Shown: positions 46,656 through 56,857, numbered from the stretch's first letter. The stretch is DNA of 60,553 nt from a virus (IMGVR_UViG_3300030372_003986:1-60553); one strand, 5' to 3'. Notes: generated from the sequence alone by a model not told the origin. A program made the numbers and translations.

Positions 46656-49091
46656 TTATCTTGGGGAAAATTCCGCCAAATCAAAACCATCTAAACTGTC
46701 CTCATTAGATTCAAATCTTTGAGGTGGTAAATTATTTTTACGTTGATTTATAAGTTTAGACTGCTGACTATTTTGTTGGTCTATACGAGCAGACTTAGCT
46801 TCTTCTCTTTGTGTTTCTCTCTGTTGAAGTGCATCTTCTGAAATATCTCTTAATTGTTGGTTATATTCAAATTCTTCAGCCATCAACATAGATTTTAATT
46901 TAGCCTCATTATTCATTTTTTCTATTTCAAATGCAATTTCAGCTTGTTTTAATTTCATTTTTCCTTGCATTTCAGCTTGTTGCTTTTGCAAAGCTAATTG
47001 AGCAGCCATCTGTTGAGATTTCAAATTTTGTTGTGCAACCATCGCTTGTTTTTGCATAGCCATCTTTTCATCTTGCTCTTGTTTTTGTTTACGCTTTACT
47101 TTTAATAATTGATTAGCAAGTTTAATATTTTTTATTTCTCTTATATCAATTGCGTCTTCTAAATTAATATCGTTTTTAGATAAAGCCATTTGAACATTAG
47201 CTTCAAGTTTAGCCTTTTCTTCTTCATCAGGTGCCACCTCTATAAAAATTCCAAAATCATATATATATAAATCAGAAATATCATTTAATATAGATACATT
47301 GTATTTTCCAATTTTATTTGCAAAATCATCTTTGAAATCAGCATATTCTAAAATATCTGCTACTCTATAAGTAAGAGCTTCTGCAATACTTCGATATAAA
47401 TATAAACTAGCATCAAGAATATGTCTTGTAGCCGTATTAGAATTAAGAGCAGCTAATTTTTGTAATCCTACTAAAGAATTAGGGTCAGGTACACTTCCGT
47501 CTCTTGCTTCATTTAATCCTGTTACTGTTCTAATCATATTTAAGTAATGATTATAGTTAGTAATAAGCATTTGGGTTTTAGAAGCTCCTGAGTTGGATGT
47601 AAGTTGTTGAATAGGAACTTTACCTTGATTTACATCACCATCTTGATTATAAGACCTTCCTATTACCGAACCTGTTTGGAAATATAAACGTAAAGCATCT
47701 TCAGGATTATACGCATTACCCGTTCCTAAATCTACTTCATTTAATCCATCAGCATCAATATATACACCATCAGGAACTACTCTTGAAATAACTTGTTGTA
47801 GTTTTAAATGAGTTAGTTGAATTAAATCAGCAAAAGGAATCATTCGTCTTACAAGTGACTCAAGAACACCCTTATACATTCTTGGTGCACACGCTACATA
47901 GTTAGGTAAAGCGTGTTGACTTGCAGATTTAGGTCTTACCATATTTTTAGCAAGTTCCCATTTTAATATAATATTCGTACCCATTACCATTACACCATCA
48001 TACCAAACATCAATAGTTTTTTCAAACTTTTCAAATCTTCCTTCTTCCATCATTTCTACAGGAGGATTAAATTGGTCGTCTTTTTCTATTACTTTGGAGC
48101 CGCCTGTTTCCATTATTTTTTTCTTATAAACCATTGTTTTTGTGGTTTTATAATTAAAATATAATAAAGTACAAGTGTCTCTATAAAAAATGTCGTTTTG
48201 GTAATATTGTGCTACATTATAATAATCAAACCAAGTTTGACTATATTGAGAAATTTCTTCTAAGTCTTTATTAGTTAATGATGGGTCAATCTTTTTACAA
48301 TCAATAATTGGAATAGTTTTAACTTCTCCCCAATAAAAACAATCTTTAAAATAAGGGTCTTCGGTATAACTATAAACTACATTTGCAGGGTCTACATATT
48401 CTACCTGTACTCCTGCACCTTTTAAAAATTCGTGTTTTCCTACACCAATTCCTAAAACTGTCATATCATAATCTATTCTTTTTCTAACGTCTATATAATG
48501 GTTTTCTTCAAGTATAGTATTAATAGCTTCCTCTTCTGCAATCTCAATTGCAGGTTTGTAATTCAGTTGCATATATAAAGAAAGCTCTTCATCTGTTTGA
48601 GGCAATTCATCAGCAGGTACAACAAAAGGGTCAACTCCTGTTTTGTTCTGAATAAGTTGCAAAGTATCTTTAGCCGCCATTTGTCCTGTTATCATATCTT
48701 GATATTTAGAACGCTTGGCTTGTGACATTGCATCTTGTGCATATGCCTTTACTTTAAATAAACGGTCCGACATACCATTTACAACAATATCTACAAACTT
48801 AGGAATAATAGGTACGGGAGTCCAATCTAAATTTAAGTAAGACAAATCTCCATCAATTGCTAATTCATTTTTATATTTAGCAATAGATTGCTCACCTCTT
48901 GCGTATAATCTTAAACGATGGAAGTCTCTCCATTGGTTATAAAACCTACATCCATTCCCATCTTTACGAAACCATTCATATTGAATAGCTTGTCCAATCT
49001 GCAGTCCATATTCATCGGTTGCTTTTTCGGCATCCGAAACAAATTGGCTTGGGAATCCTGCAGATGAAATATTTAGTTTAACCTCTTTCAT
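46656..49091 (-). CDS. Portal protein
   Basis: Follows TerL; PIIPKFVDIVVNG, Q-rich C-terminal coil. Confidence 0.8.
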   Translation of the reverse strand: MKEVKLNISSAGFPSQFVSDAEKATDEYGLQIGQAIQYEWFRKDGNGCRFYNQWRDFHRLRLYARGEQSIAKYKNELAIDGDLSYLNLDWTPVPIIPKFVDIVVNGMSDRLFKVKAYAQDAMSQAKRSKYQDMITGQMAAKDTLQLIQNKTGVDPFVVPADELPQTDEELSLYMQLNYKPAIEIAEEEAINTILEENHYIDVRKRIDYDMTVLGIGVGKHEFLKGAGVQVEYVDPANVVYSYTEDPYFKDCFYWGEVKTIPIIDCKKIDPSLTNKDLEEISQYSQTWFDYYNVAQYYQNDIFYRDTCTLLYFNYKTTKTMVYKKKIMETGGSKVIEKDDQFNPPVEMMEEGRFEKFEKTIDVWYDGVMVMGTNIILKWELAKNMVRPKSASQHALPNYVACAPRMYKGVLESLVRRMIPFADLIQLTHLKLQQVISRVVPDGVYIDADGLNEVDLGTGNAYNPEDALRLYFQTGSVIGRSYNQDGDVNQGKVPIQQLTSNSGASKTQMLITNYNHYLNMIRTVTGLNEARDGSVPDPNSLVGLQKLAALNSNTATRHILDASLYLYRSIAEALTYRVADILEYADFKDDFANKIGKYNVSILNDISDLYIYDFGIFIEVAPDEEEKAKLEANVQMALSKNDINLEDAIDIREIKNIKLANQLLKVKRKQKQEQDEKMAMQKQAMVAQQNLKSQQMAAQLALQKQQAEMQGKMKLKQAEIAFEIEKMNNEAKLKSMLMAEEFEYNQQLRDISEDALQQRETQREEAKSARIDQQNSQQSKLINQRKNNLPPQRFESNEDSLDGFDLAEFSPR

Positions 49092-51325
49092 CTAATTATT
49101 TGACTTATTTTGCCATCATTACTATACCTTGCAAAGTTAATCATAATTCTTGACTCTTTTTTATCAGGTTGATACAAATGTCTTTGACAAGCCATAATGG
49201 CTAGTCCGGAGCTAATTGAAGCATCAAACTTAGTTCTATTTGAAATGTCAAACTTTGCCCAATCTTCTAAAGTTCGAGTAAACGGCATACTTCCCATTTC
49301 TTCTCCTTCATTGTTAATTATTCCTACAAATTTTTCTATATATGATTCAATAGCTGATGCGTGTGCTTGTTTTACATCTTCAGATGAATTAGGTATTCCA
49401 CCTAACTCTTTTTCTGTTTTAGATAATTTAGTAAACACTTTGTCAGGTCTATTCATACAATATCCTCTGTACCCTCTATTTTTAAAATGATATAATAAAC
49501 GAGGTTTATTGTTTTCTATTAAAATAGGCATACCATAAAACACACACGACATTAATACATCTTCAAAAAATATTTCTGCAGTTTGTGGTCGTGCAATGTA
49601 TTCTAAAAAAAACTCATTACTTGGTGCTTCTTCCATACTAAATTTAGTAAGACCGTGTAAAGAACCATTAGACCCTACTCCTCCTACAGTTCCACTTATG
49701 TCATAAGAGTCACATCCAAACGCACCGATATGGTCATTGCCCGGATATTTAACTCCAAGTTTAGTATACTGATTATTTTGAATACTTTTATTAGGAACCC
49801 AAGAAATATAAAATCTTCCTCTTTGGTCAGGAGAAAAGATTACTTGTGTATCTTTTATTCCATTTTTCCAAGAAAACGAACCACGAGTTATGTGTTGCTC
49901 AGTAATAACTGAATCATTATAATCAATTTGCTGATAGATACGAGTAAGATTAAATAATGAATGTTTGCTTTCATCTCTAAAAGCGTGAGATTCACTACGG
50001 GGGAATTGACGATAATATTCATTTAATGCGTCAGGGTCATTCTTTAATGACTCTACTTCATTCTCCCAATATTGAATAGCACTTTGATAAATGTATTCTC
50101 CATTGATTCCTTCCACCTCTTCTTCATCCATTGTTAAAACAGGCATTCCATAACGGTCTATAAACCCTTCCATATTCCATTCCATAGGAATAAATAAGCT
50201 ATACAACCCACTTTTGGTCTGTCCATTCTTATTTCTTTTCATTACATCGGAATCATAATATAATTTTTTAAAGTTTCCCCCTCCTTTATTTAAAGCATTT
50301 GAAGTAGAACCCATCATACACTTACCAATTATTTTACTACCTAACCTAAGACAAGTCTTTGTTACTCTCCAATTATTTAGTATATTGTTAGGTTTTATCC
50401 ATTTTCCACTCTCATCGTGAACTAATAATAAAAGTTTTTCTCCATCATAAGAGTTGTCATCAGTATTTTTCCAATCTATTGTAGTATCTAACCCTTCAAT
50501 TGTTTCTTCATCTATATCATACATATTATTTTTAGTAATCTTAGATGCCGGAACTCTATAAGCTAATTCTGTTTTAGGTTTATCCATACCATCCATAATA
50601 GGTTTAAAGAAGAATGGTAAACGATTATTAATAGGAACAACTTTATCAGTAAACATTTTTTTAGCATCACTACCCGTTTTCGATAAAACTCCAATACGAG
50701 AATCTTTTGCAAGAGTTGCAGTATTCACACATTCTGACGATGACATAAAAGAAAAACCTGAACGTCTAATCTTTAGATATATCATACCAAAACTTCTTAC
50801 ATCTGCTTTACACGCTTCCCAAAAAATCCATAATAAACGATTAGCTTCTCTAAATTCAGGATAACCTACATCTATGTTGGTCCATTGTAAATACATATAA
50901 TGAGCACCTGTAATATAAGTTGGCACACCATTATTCATAAACCATACACCATATTCTCTATTGTCAAATTCTGTTTCTATAAAATCTACCCATTTACTTT
51001 TAAAAGCAGAAGGCATTTCGTTCCAATGAAAAATAGATTGAATCCTTCCTAATTGTTTAGGTAATTCTTTTCTTTCCCAATATTGTTTAGATTTAGTAGA
51101 GTGTCTTTGAAGACACTCTTTTGGAGTTTTAGGTAAAGCAATAGTTAGTCCACTTATTTTAATTATATCTCCTATTTCTCCGGACTTTGAAATAACAACA
51201 ACGTCATATTTAGGGTTATATCCATACAACCAAGATTTATTACGATTTTTATTTGTAATAATCTGTTTGGGAATATAGTTTTTTATAACCCTATATAATT
51301 TTTTATTTTGACCTTCGTTCTGCAA
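49088..51325 (-). CDS. terL: Terminase large subunit (palindrome at 51101)
   Basis: KIRRSGFS Walker A, LVHDESGK Walker B, GCDSYD and FDASISSG nuclease motifs. Confidence 0.88.
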   Translation of the reverse strand: MQNEGQNKKLYRVIKNYIPKQIITNKNRNKSWLYGYNPKYDVVVISKSGEIGDIIKISGLTIALPKTPKECLQRHSTKSKQYWERKELPKQLGRIQSIFHWNEMPSAFKSKWVDFIETEFDNREYGVWFMNNGVPTYITGAHYMYLQWTNIDVGYPEFREANRLLWIFWEACKADVRSFGMIYLKIRRSGFSFMSSSECVNTATLAKDSRIGVLSKTGSDAKKMFTDKVVPINNRLPFFFKPIMDGMDKPKTELAYRVPASKITKNNMYDIDEETIEGLDTTIDWKNTDDNSYDGEKLLLLVHDESGKWIKPNNILNNWRVTKTCLRLGSKIIGKCMMGSTSNALNKGGGNFKKLYYDSDVMKRNKNGQTKSGLYSLFIPMEWNMEGFIDRYGMPVLTMDEEEVEGINGEYIYQSAIQYWENEVESLKNDPDALNEYYRQFPRSESHAFRDESKHSLFNLTRIYQQIDYNDSVITEQHITRGSFSWKNGIKDTQVIFSPDQRGRFYISWVPNKSIQNNQYTKLGVKYPGNDHIGAFGCDSYDISGTVGGVGSNGSLHGLTKFSMEEAPSNEFFLEYIARPQTAEIFFEDVLMSCVFYGMPILIENNKPRLLYHFKNRGYRGYCMNRPDKVFTKLSKTEKELGGIPNSSEDVKQAHASAIESYIEKFVGIINNEGEEMGSMPFTRTLEDWAKFDISNRTKFDASISSGLAIMACQRHLYQPDKKESRIMINFARYSNDGKISQIIR

Positions 51326-51578
51326 ATCCTTGTTTAGTATCTACTTTATTATTTATGGTATTTCCATCTAATGCTTCTTCTTCGTCTTCTATTCTTTTTA
51401 ATATTTCAAAAGCGTCAAATATGGCAAGTTTTTTAGTGGCTGCCGCATTCTTTAACCTATCAGCCGCTAAATCATCTTCAGGGTCAGGTTTTATAATTTT
51501 TTCTTTAGCTACCTTAATCAATTGTTCTACTGCTTGACGACCTGCTTCAATTATTTTTAATTTTATTTCTTTACTCAT
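51303..51578 (-). CDS. Possible terminase small subunit
   Basis: Helical 91 aa immediately upstream of TerL. Confidence 0.45.
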   Translation of the reverse strand: MSKEIKLKIIEAGRQAVEQLIKVAKEKIIKPDPEDDLAADRLKNAAATKKLAIFDAFEILKRIEDEEEALDGNTINNKVDTKQGFAERRSK

Positions 51579-51963
51579 AATATTCTTTGCTATAGGTGTG
51601 TTGTCTATAATTAGTTACAATTTCTTGTCCTTTTTCAATAGACTTAGATGCCACTAATATCATATTATCATTATTTCTAAAATAGAAATATTGTGCATTT
51701 GGATGGGGAGAATGATTACCGTATCTCCCTGCAAAAGTCCTTGTGTGGTCTTTTATTCCATACCCTATTGCTTCACCTTCATATATTTGTCTTGTAGCAA
51801 ATATTCCCAACCCTTCAATATTAGATTCTTTAACCTCATAGTTTTTATTTTTATCATCAACTACAGGACCGGCTTCTAATTCAAATTCTTTAGAATCTAT
51901 ATATCTATTTAATTCATCTAAATTAATATTGTGTTCTTTAAGCATATTTAAAAAATCACTCAT
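51571..51963 (-). CDS. SET-domain protein (lysine methyltransferase-like)
   Basis: SNIEGLGIFA, RYGNHSPHPNA, IEKGQEIVTNY. Confidence 0.85.
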   Translation of the reverse strand: MSDFLNMLKEHNINLDELNRYIDSKEFELEAGPVVDDKNKNYEVKESNIEGLGIFATRQIYEGEAIGYGIKDHTRTFAGRYGNHSPHPNAQYFYFRNNDNMILVASKSIEKGQEIVTNYRQHTYSKEYYE

Positions 51964-52435
51964 TACTTTTTGCTTTTAGAAACATTACCTGAACCATTCT
52001 TGCATCTTCACCTTCTCCAAAATTTTCTTCTATGTTTCTTGAATGCTTATAACCCGAATCAAACATAAAAAGACTGTTAAATTGTGCTCTATGAATTAAA
52101 ATAGGAATATCGTTATTATCATAAATAGTAGTTCCATACCCTTCAGGATAGGTTTGATTTAAGTAATAAATTAAAGTTTTATCTCCGTGCATCTCATCGG
52201 TATGAATAAAATTAGGTTCTTTTTGTCCTAAAGGAGATTTCCTTACAAAATTCATTACTATTTCATATTCCGGCATAAAGTGACTAACTAAGGAATAAAG
52301 AGCATCTTCACCTCTTTGTTGGATTTTTTTAAACATTCCGGATTCCGTTTGAATATCTTCAAACTTTCCGGCTTCAACACTTTTAACATATTCTTCCGCT
52401 TCGGGTAATACGTTATGGTATAACATTGGTATCAT
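51956..52435 (-). CDS. 2OG-Fe(II) oxygenase superfamily protein
   Basis: HTD...YLN...GT...FNSLFMFD..KHS...RMVQV. Confidence 0.75.
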   Translation of the reverse strand: MIPMLYHNVLPEAEEYVKSVEAGKFEDIQTESGMFKKIQQRGEDALYSLVSHFMPEYEIVMNFVRKSPLGQKEPNFIHTDEMHGDKTLIYYLNQTYPEGYGTTIYDNNDIPILIHRAQFNSLFMFDSGYKHSRNIEENFGEGEDARMVQVMFLKAKSNE

Positions 52436-52995
52436 AATATTAAAGTTATTGTGTGGTCATACATTCGCCACAAGATTTGATTATCTACATTAAATTGGTA
52501 TTCTTGATTAGGTTTATAAGTAACTATATCTCCTTTCTTGACTCCTTTTTCTTTTAAGCCATCATTTACTATAACCATTTCACCCATTAATGGTTCTTTA
52601 GTTAAAGGTTTAAAAATATAGCTTTCGGTTGGAGGAATAGGTTTTAAAAAACAATAGCGGTCATATCCATACCACTTGTTATTTTTTTTATAAGCAAAAA
52701 ATTGGTCAGGGTCTACAAAGAATAAATCGTCTTTCAAAAAACTTCTTCCGCTTTTTCTTCTACCATACATATCATTGTAAAACTTAAATACGTTGTGATG
52801 TACAAGTAGTATGTCTCCTTTAGATATTGAACCATTATAGTTTAAAGGAGTTTCAATGACTTCGGCTTGTCTATTACTAAAAGCTGCATCTTCTTCTGAT
52901 GTGCTCATAATAAAATCTGTATTTCCGATTTTTTTTATATTATCATATCTCCTTCCGCCTACAGGTTTTACTATAAACTGATAAAGTGATTTCAT
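52432..52995 (-). CDS. GroES-like protein (probably two GroES-type domains)
   Basis: FIVKP...AEVIETP...KGDILLV and FLKP...GVKKGDIV...EYQF. Confidence 0.6.
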   Translation of the reverse strand: MKSLYQFIVKPVGGRRYDNIKKIGNTDFIMSTSEEDAAFSNRQAEVIETPLNYNGSISKGDILLVHHNVFKFYNDMYGRRKSGRSFLKDDLFFVDPDQFFAYKKNNKWYGYDRYCFLKPIPPTESYIFKPLTKEPLMGEMVIVNDGLKEKGVKKGDIVTYKPNQEYQFNVDNQILWRMYDHTITLIL

Positions 52996-53003
52996 TTTTT
53001 ATT

Positions 53004-53198
53004 TTACGAGCCGCACCCTACACAATCTATATAACTGCTTTCAGGTTTAACTCCATTTAATTTCATTTTAATATTGTGCAGTTTATCTGCTAATTCTAAT
53101 CTTTCTTCAAAAGATAAACGAAAAAATGTGTCATCGTTTAGTTGAGATTCGTAATTTTTAAGAGTTTCTTCTAACTCTTGACGTGTAGTGTCTGACAT
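53004..53198 (-). CDS. Hypothetical protein with terminal CxxC
   Basis: Ends DCVGCGS. Confidence 0.6.
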   Translation of the reverse strand: MSDTTRQELEETLKNYESQLNDDTFFRLSFEERLELADKLHNIKMKLNGVKPESSYIDCVGCGS

Positions 53199-53200
53199 AA

Positions 53201-53431
53201 TTAAAAGTTTATATTGTATTCAATAGATACCGGCATAGTAGCATTAAATTCCTTCCAACACACTACTACACGACTACCTTTTTCTTCTATAAATATTTTA
53301 ATGGAATCGGTATCAGAGTAATGTCTGATTAAATGAATAGTATAATTTCCTCCTAACACCGATTGACCAACAAGGTAGTGCATCGCACCTGATTTATAAT
53401 CAGGACCAATTGAAATTTTTCTAATATCCAT
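53201..53431 (-). CDS. Hypothetical phage protein
   Basis: IRKISIGPDYK.AMHYLVGQ. Confidence 0.7.
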   Translation of the reverse strand: MDIRKISIGPDYKSGAMHYLVGQSVLGGNYTIHLIRHYSDTDSIKIFIEEKGSRVVVCWKEFNATMPVSIEYNINF

Positions 53432-53441
53432 TTAATTATAT

Positions 53442-54977
53442 TTAACCTTTTTTAGTGCCTTTAAGTGCATCAACTTCAGCCGATAATTGTTGTACCGCCT
53501 TAACTAACACCGGAATTAAAGCCGCAGGACCTACTGCCATTCGGTCAGGATTTCTTTCATCTAAAAGATTTGGCATAGCTTGTTTTGCATCAGGAGACGC
53601 ATCTAATAGGGTTTTTAATTCTTGTGCAATAAATCCCATATCTTTTTTACCTGCCATCTTTGCATCCTTTTCATCTCTTCTATCCCATTCCCATACACGA
53701 GGTTTTAATTGATTTATAAAAGAAAGTCCAAATCCGGAAGGAGCATTTTTAATATCTTTTTTATCTCTTTCATCAGAGATTGCTGAAATAACTGCCGTAT
53801 TACATCTTAAAATTGCTACATTTCCATCTCCTAATACTACTTCATCATTTCCTAAAGCCTGAGAATTATATCCTAAACAAGTTATGTTTTCAGGAGTTGC
53901 AAGAACATTACCTGCAAAATATCCAATCGCAGTATTTAGGTTTCCATCCTGACAGTTTTCTAATGCATAAGCTCCCACCGCAGTATTAGCTTCTCCTTCT
54001 CCATTATTTTCTAAGGAAGACCTTCCCACCGCAGTATTATTTCCTCCGGTACAAAGGGTACTTAAACTATTTTCTCCTATACCAATACAATACTCTGCAG
54101 TTATTTCTTTACCGGCACCATTACCTATCACAATATTGTTTGATGCCGGACCCGGACCTGTTGCAAGTTGACTTCCTGCTCCTTTACCTATTATAATATT
54201 ACCGAATGCAGGTCCATCTGCAGCAAAGGCAGCTTCATATCCTAGTATAATGTTGTCGGTTAAAACAGTAGAGGTACCATTTCCTTGTGCAGACCTTAAT
54301 CCTATTACAATATTTTTATTTGAACCAACTAATAAGCCTTCAGCATTTTCCTGTCCAATTACTACTTCATCAAGAACACTAATTCCATCAAAATCTTTAT
54401 AGTTAGAAGTTCCTATACAAACACTATTATATATTTGACCTGCCGCATCTATGTTTGCAAAATTATCTCTTCCAATAAGAACAGACTGTCCTATAGTAGC
54501 TGCTTCATTAGCTGCATTACTTATAATCACAGACATAGTAACATCAGTTGAAGGTCCGGCTTGGTACCCTATAAGTTCTGAATATGAAATTTGTGTTGCA
54601 ACTCCTGCTTTTACACCTAAAGCAGTTGCCTCATTCAATGACACACCCGGAGAATTAAAAGTTCCTTCACCAATACTGACACTTTTATCGTCATCAATAT
54701 TAGTAAAGCTCATTACTGCAGTTCCCTTTATTGAGGTGGTGTCTAAAGGTATAGTACCTAATCCACCATTAATATATAATAAAGTTGCAGTTTCCACAGG
54801 TGTACTTAAAGGACCACCATACCATAAAGTTTGAGGTGATAAAACTGCTTGATATAAATCTAAAATACTTTCAATAGTATAGTTTTTAGTTATATTGGAA
54901 TCATTTACGTCTGTTCCTATAACTTTATCATCCAAATTTGGAGTTGCATCAATAGGATATGTAGATATTCTAGCCAT
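53442..54977 (-). CDS. Tail fibre/spike with beta-helical repeats and S74 intramolecular chaperone
   Basis: NTAVG/NIIIG repeats, SDERDKKDI, GFIAQE, LVKAVQQL. Confidence 0.85.
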   Translation of the reverse strand: MARISTYPIDATPNLDDKVIGTDVNDSNITKNYTIESILDLYQAVLSPQTLWYGGPLSTPVETATLLYINGGLGTIPLDTTSIKGTAVMSFTNIDDDKSVSIGEGTFNSPGVSLNEATALGVKAGVATQISYSELIGYQAGPSTDVTMSVIISNAANEAATIGQSVLIGRDNFANIDAAGQIYNSVCIGTSNYKDFDGISVLDEVVIGQENAEGLLVGSNKNIVIGLRSAQGNGTSTVLTDNIILGYEAAFAADGPAFGNIIIGKGAGSQLATGPGPASNNIVIGNGAGKEITAEYCIGIGENSLSTLCTGGNNTAVGRSSLENNGEGEANTAVGAYALENCQDGNLNTAIGYFAGNVLATPENITCLGYNSQALGNDEVVLGDGNVAILRCNTAVISAISDERDKKDIKNAPSGFGLSFINQLKPRVWEWDRRDEKDAKMAGKKDMGFIAQELKTLLDASPDAKQAMPNLLDERNPDRMAVGPAALIPVLVKAVQQLSAEVDALKGTKKG

Positions 54978-55209
54978 TCTCTTTCGGTTTATTTTTTGTC
55001 ACATCTCCTGTTTGTAAATTAATTACAGAATCAGCTCCGTATTTTTTTATTAGTTTTTGTTCCTCTTGAGCAAATTTTGCTCTTATCACATTAACTTCTT
55101 GCATCAAACCGTTTTGTACGATAACGGCATCTCCAAGTTGTACTTTCTTTTCTACAAACTCTTTATTTAAGTCTGTAAGGTTTTGTAATTCTTCTTTAGT
55201 AAGTTTCAT
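54970..55209 (-). CDS. Coiled-coil hypothetical protein
   Basis: Promoter TAACTTTG at 55232-55239. Confidence 0.65.
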   Translation of the reverse strand: MKLTKEELQNLTDLNKEFVEKKVQLGDAVIVQNGLMQEVNVIRAKFAQEEQKLIKKYGADSVINLQTGDVTKNKPKENG

Positions 55210-55243
55210 TTTAATTAAATTTTTATTTCTACAAAGTTACAAA

Positions 55244-55648
55244 TTATTTTCGTTTAATCTTTTCTACAGACCTTCCTCCAAAATAAGCTCCAATTACGGT
55301 CAATAAAGTAAGCTCTAATAAACTAATCCATTTGCTTTCTACTTTAAATTCTACAAATCCTCCATCAATAAAAACTAACACCATCGTACATATCACCAAA
55401 AAAATAAGAACCATAGGTCTTACATTCTTACTTAACCAAGAATCCGAACCCATATCTGACTTCCATCTCTCGGTTACGTTTTTTTGCATCTCTGACTCAG
55501 CGTTTATAAATATTTCGGTAAGCTCTTTTTCAAAAGCTGCTTTTTCATCTTTTGTATGAATAAACTTATCTACAACACCGCCAATACTATCTACTATGCC
55601 TCCACCGGCTTTGCCGAATAATTTTCCAAATATTTCTTTCATAAGCAT
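55244..55648 (-). CDS. Holin (3TM-type)
   Basis: SDSWLSKNVRP, two TM helices, AYFGGRSVEK; adjacent to amidase. Confidence 0.8.
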   Translation of the reverse strand: MLMKEIFGKLFGKAGGGIVDSIGGVVDKFIHTKDEKAAFEKELTEIFINAESEMQKNVTERWKSDMGSDSWLSKNVRPMVLIFLVICTMVLVFIDGGFVEFKVESKWISLLELTLLTVIGAYFGGRSVEKIKRK

Positions 55649-56052
55649 TTATATTCTTCCGTAGCATCATAACTTGGACACGCTTTTGCAGCAAAATCTC
55701 TATGTCCGTGAATGGTTGCATCAGGATAAATTAATTTTAAAGTTTTTAATAAAGTCAATAAACTTTCTTTTTGAGCACTTGTTCGTGTATCTTTTGGTGT
55801 CTTCCCATCTTGCTTTACTCCTCCAATATAACATACCCCGATAGAACTGCAATTTTTTGACCTTGTATGTGCTCCACATTTGTCTATCATCCTACCTGTT
55901 TCGATAGTACCATCTATTAATACACAAAAGTGATATCCAATTCCTTTCCATCCTCTTGCTTTATGCCATCTATCTATAACCTCTGCGTTTATAGAATCAT
56001 CACCCTCTCGTGTAGCCGAGCAATGAACAATTATTTTAGTAACCTCTTTCAT
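55639..56052 (-). CDS. Endolysin, N-acetylmuramoyl-L-alanine amidase (T7 lysozyme-like)
   Basis: IIVHCSAT, IGYHF, GAH, SIGVCYIGG, GHRD, KACP. Confidence 0.93.
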   Translation of the reverse strand: MKEVTKIIVHCSATREGDDSINAEVIDRWHKARGWKGIGYHFCVLIDGTIETGRMIDKCGAHTRSKNCSSIGVCYIGGVKQDGKTPKDTRTSAQKESLLTLLKTLKLIYPDATIHGHRDFAAKACPSYDATEEYKCL

Positions 56053-56174
56053 TTTCCTTGTCCTCTATATTTTGGTTTATAGCCGGTTTGTCCTCGTGAC
56101 GCATTTTTAGAATGCACTCCCGGTCTTTTCTTTTTAGTATTTTTTCTGTAAATACCTGTAACTATTTTAGCCAT
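56049..56174 (-). CDS. Small basic protein (41 aa, not in ORF track)
   Basis: MAKIVTGIYRKNTKKKRPGVHSKNASRGQTGYKPKYRGQGK; ATGA overlap with amidase. Confidence 0.6.
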   Translation of the reverse strand: MAKIVTGIYRKNTKKKRPGVHSKNASRGQTGYKPKYRGQGK

Positions 56175-56210
56175 TTTAAAATTTTATTCATTAGCGAAGA
56201 TACAAAAAAT

Positions 56211-56549
56211 TCACCTCTCTATTAGTAAATCTATTTGCTTTTGGATAGAGTCGATTGCATTATCCGGCAACTGAAGTTTTATATCACTCTCTATTTTAAG
56301 AACAATTTTGTTGTCGTGATACAATACTAAAGTAGGTAGATAGGTTATTTTTTCTTCAAGAAAAAAATCTAATTCTTCCGAAAGGTAAATAGTATGGATA
56401 TGAGCACCATCTATTTGTTTTAAATCTGTAAGGGGAACTTCTGCGTTACATAAAAATTTTGCAGAAAATTGAACGACACTAATATCGTTTTTATATTGAG
56501 CAGTAAGGGTTAAGGGAATAAGAAGAAAAACAAACAACCACGTTTTCAT
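56211..56549 (-). CDS. Secreted thioredoxin-fold-like protein (no CxxC)
   Basis: Signal peptide, VVQFSAKF, ITYLPTLVLY. Confidence 0.55.
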   Translation of the reverse strand: MKTWLFVFLLIPLTLTAQYKNDISVVQFSAKFLCNAEVPLTDLKQIDGAHIHTIYLSEELDFFLEEKITYLPTLVLYHDNKIVLKIESDIKLQLPDNAIDSIQKQIDLLIER

Positions 56550-56857
56550 TCCTCTCTACTAATTTGATATAATCTTTCATCCATTTTGTTAAGATGGTCT
56601 TTTATTTCACCTACATCATCTTTTACTGTTCCTACGTCAAGTTGAATTTGTTCAATTGCAGCTCTAATTAATTGGTCTTTATAATCGAACTCAATTTTTT
56701 GGACTTCCGGTTTTGGATTTTCCATTGCAGTTGCAATATCGGCTTGAAGGGTAAAATAAATTCCTAAAAGACTTGATAAGCCAATAGTGGCTGCAATCAT
56801 TTCTTTTACAGTTAAACTAAATTTACTGCTCGTACTTAATTCGTTCTGCTTTTCCAT
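56546..56857 (-). CDS. Membrane-anchored coiled-coil protein
   Basis: One TM helix plus heptad tail. Confidence 0.6.
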   Translation of the reverse strand: MEKQNELSTSSKFSLTVKEMIAATIGLSSLLGIYFTLQADIATAMENPKPEVQKIEFDYKDQLIRAAIEQIQLDVGTVKDDVGEIKDHLNKMDERLYQISREE

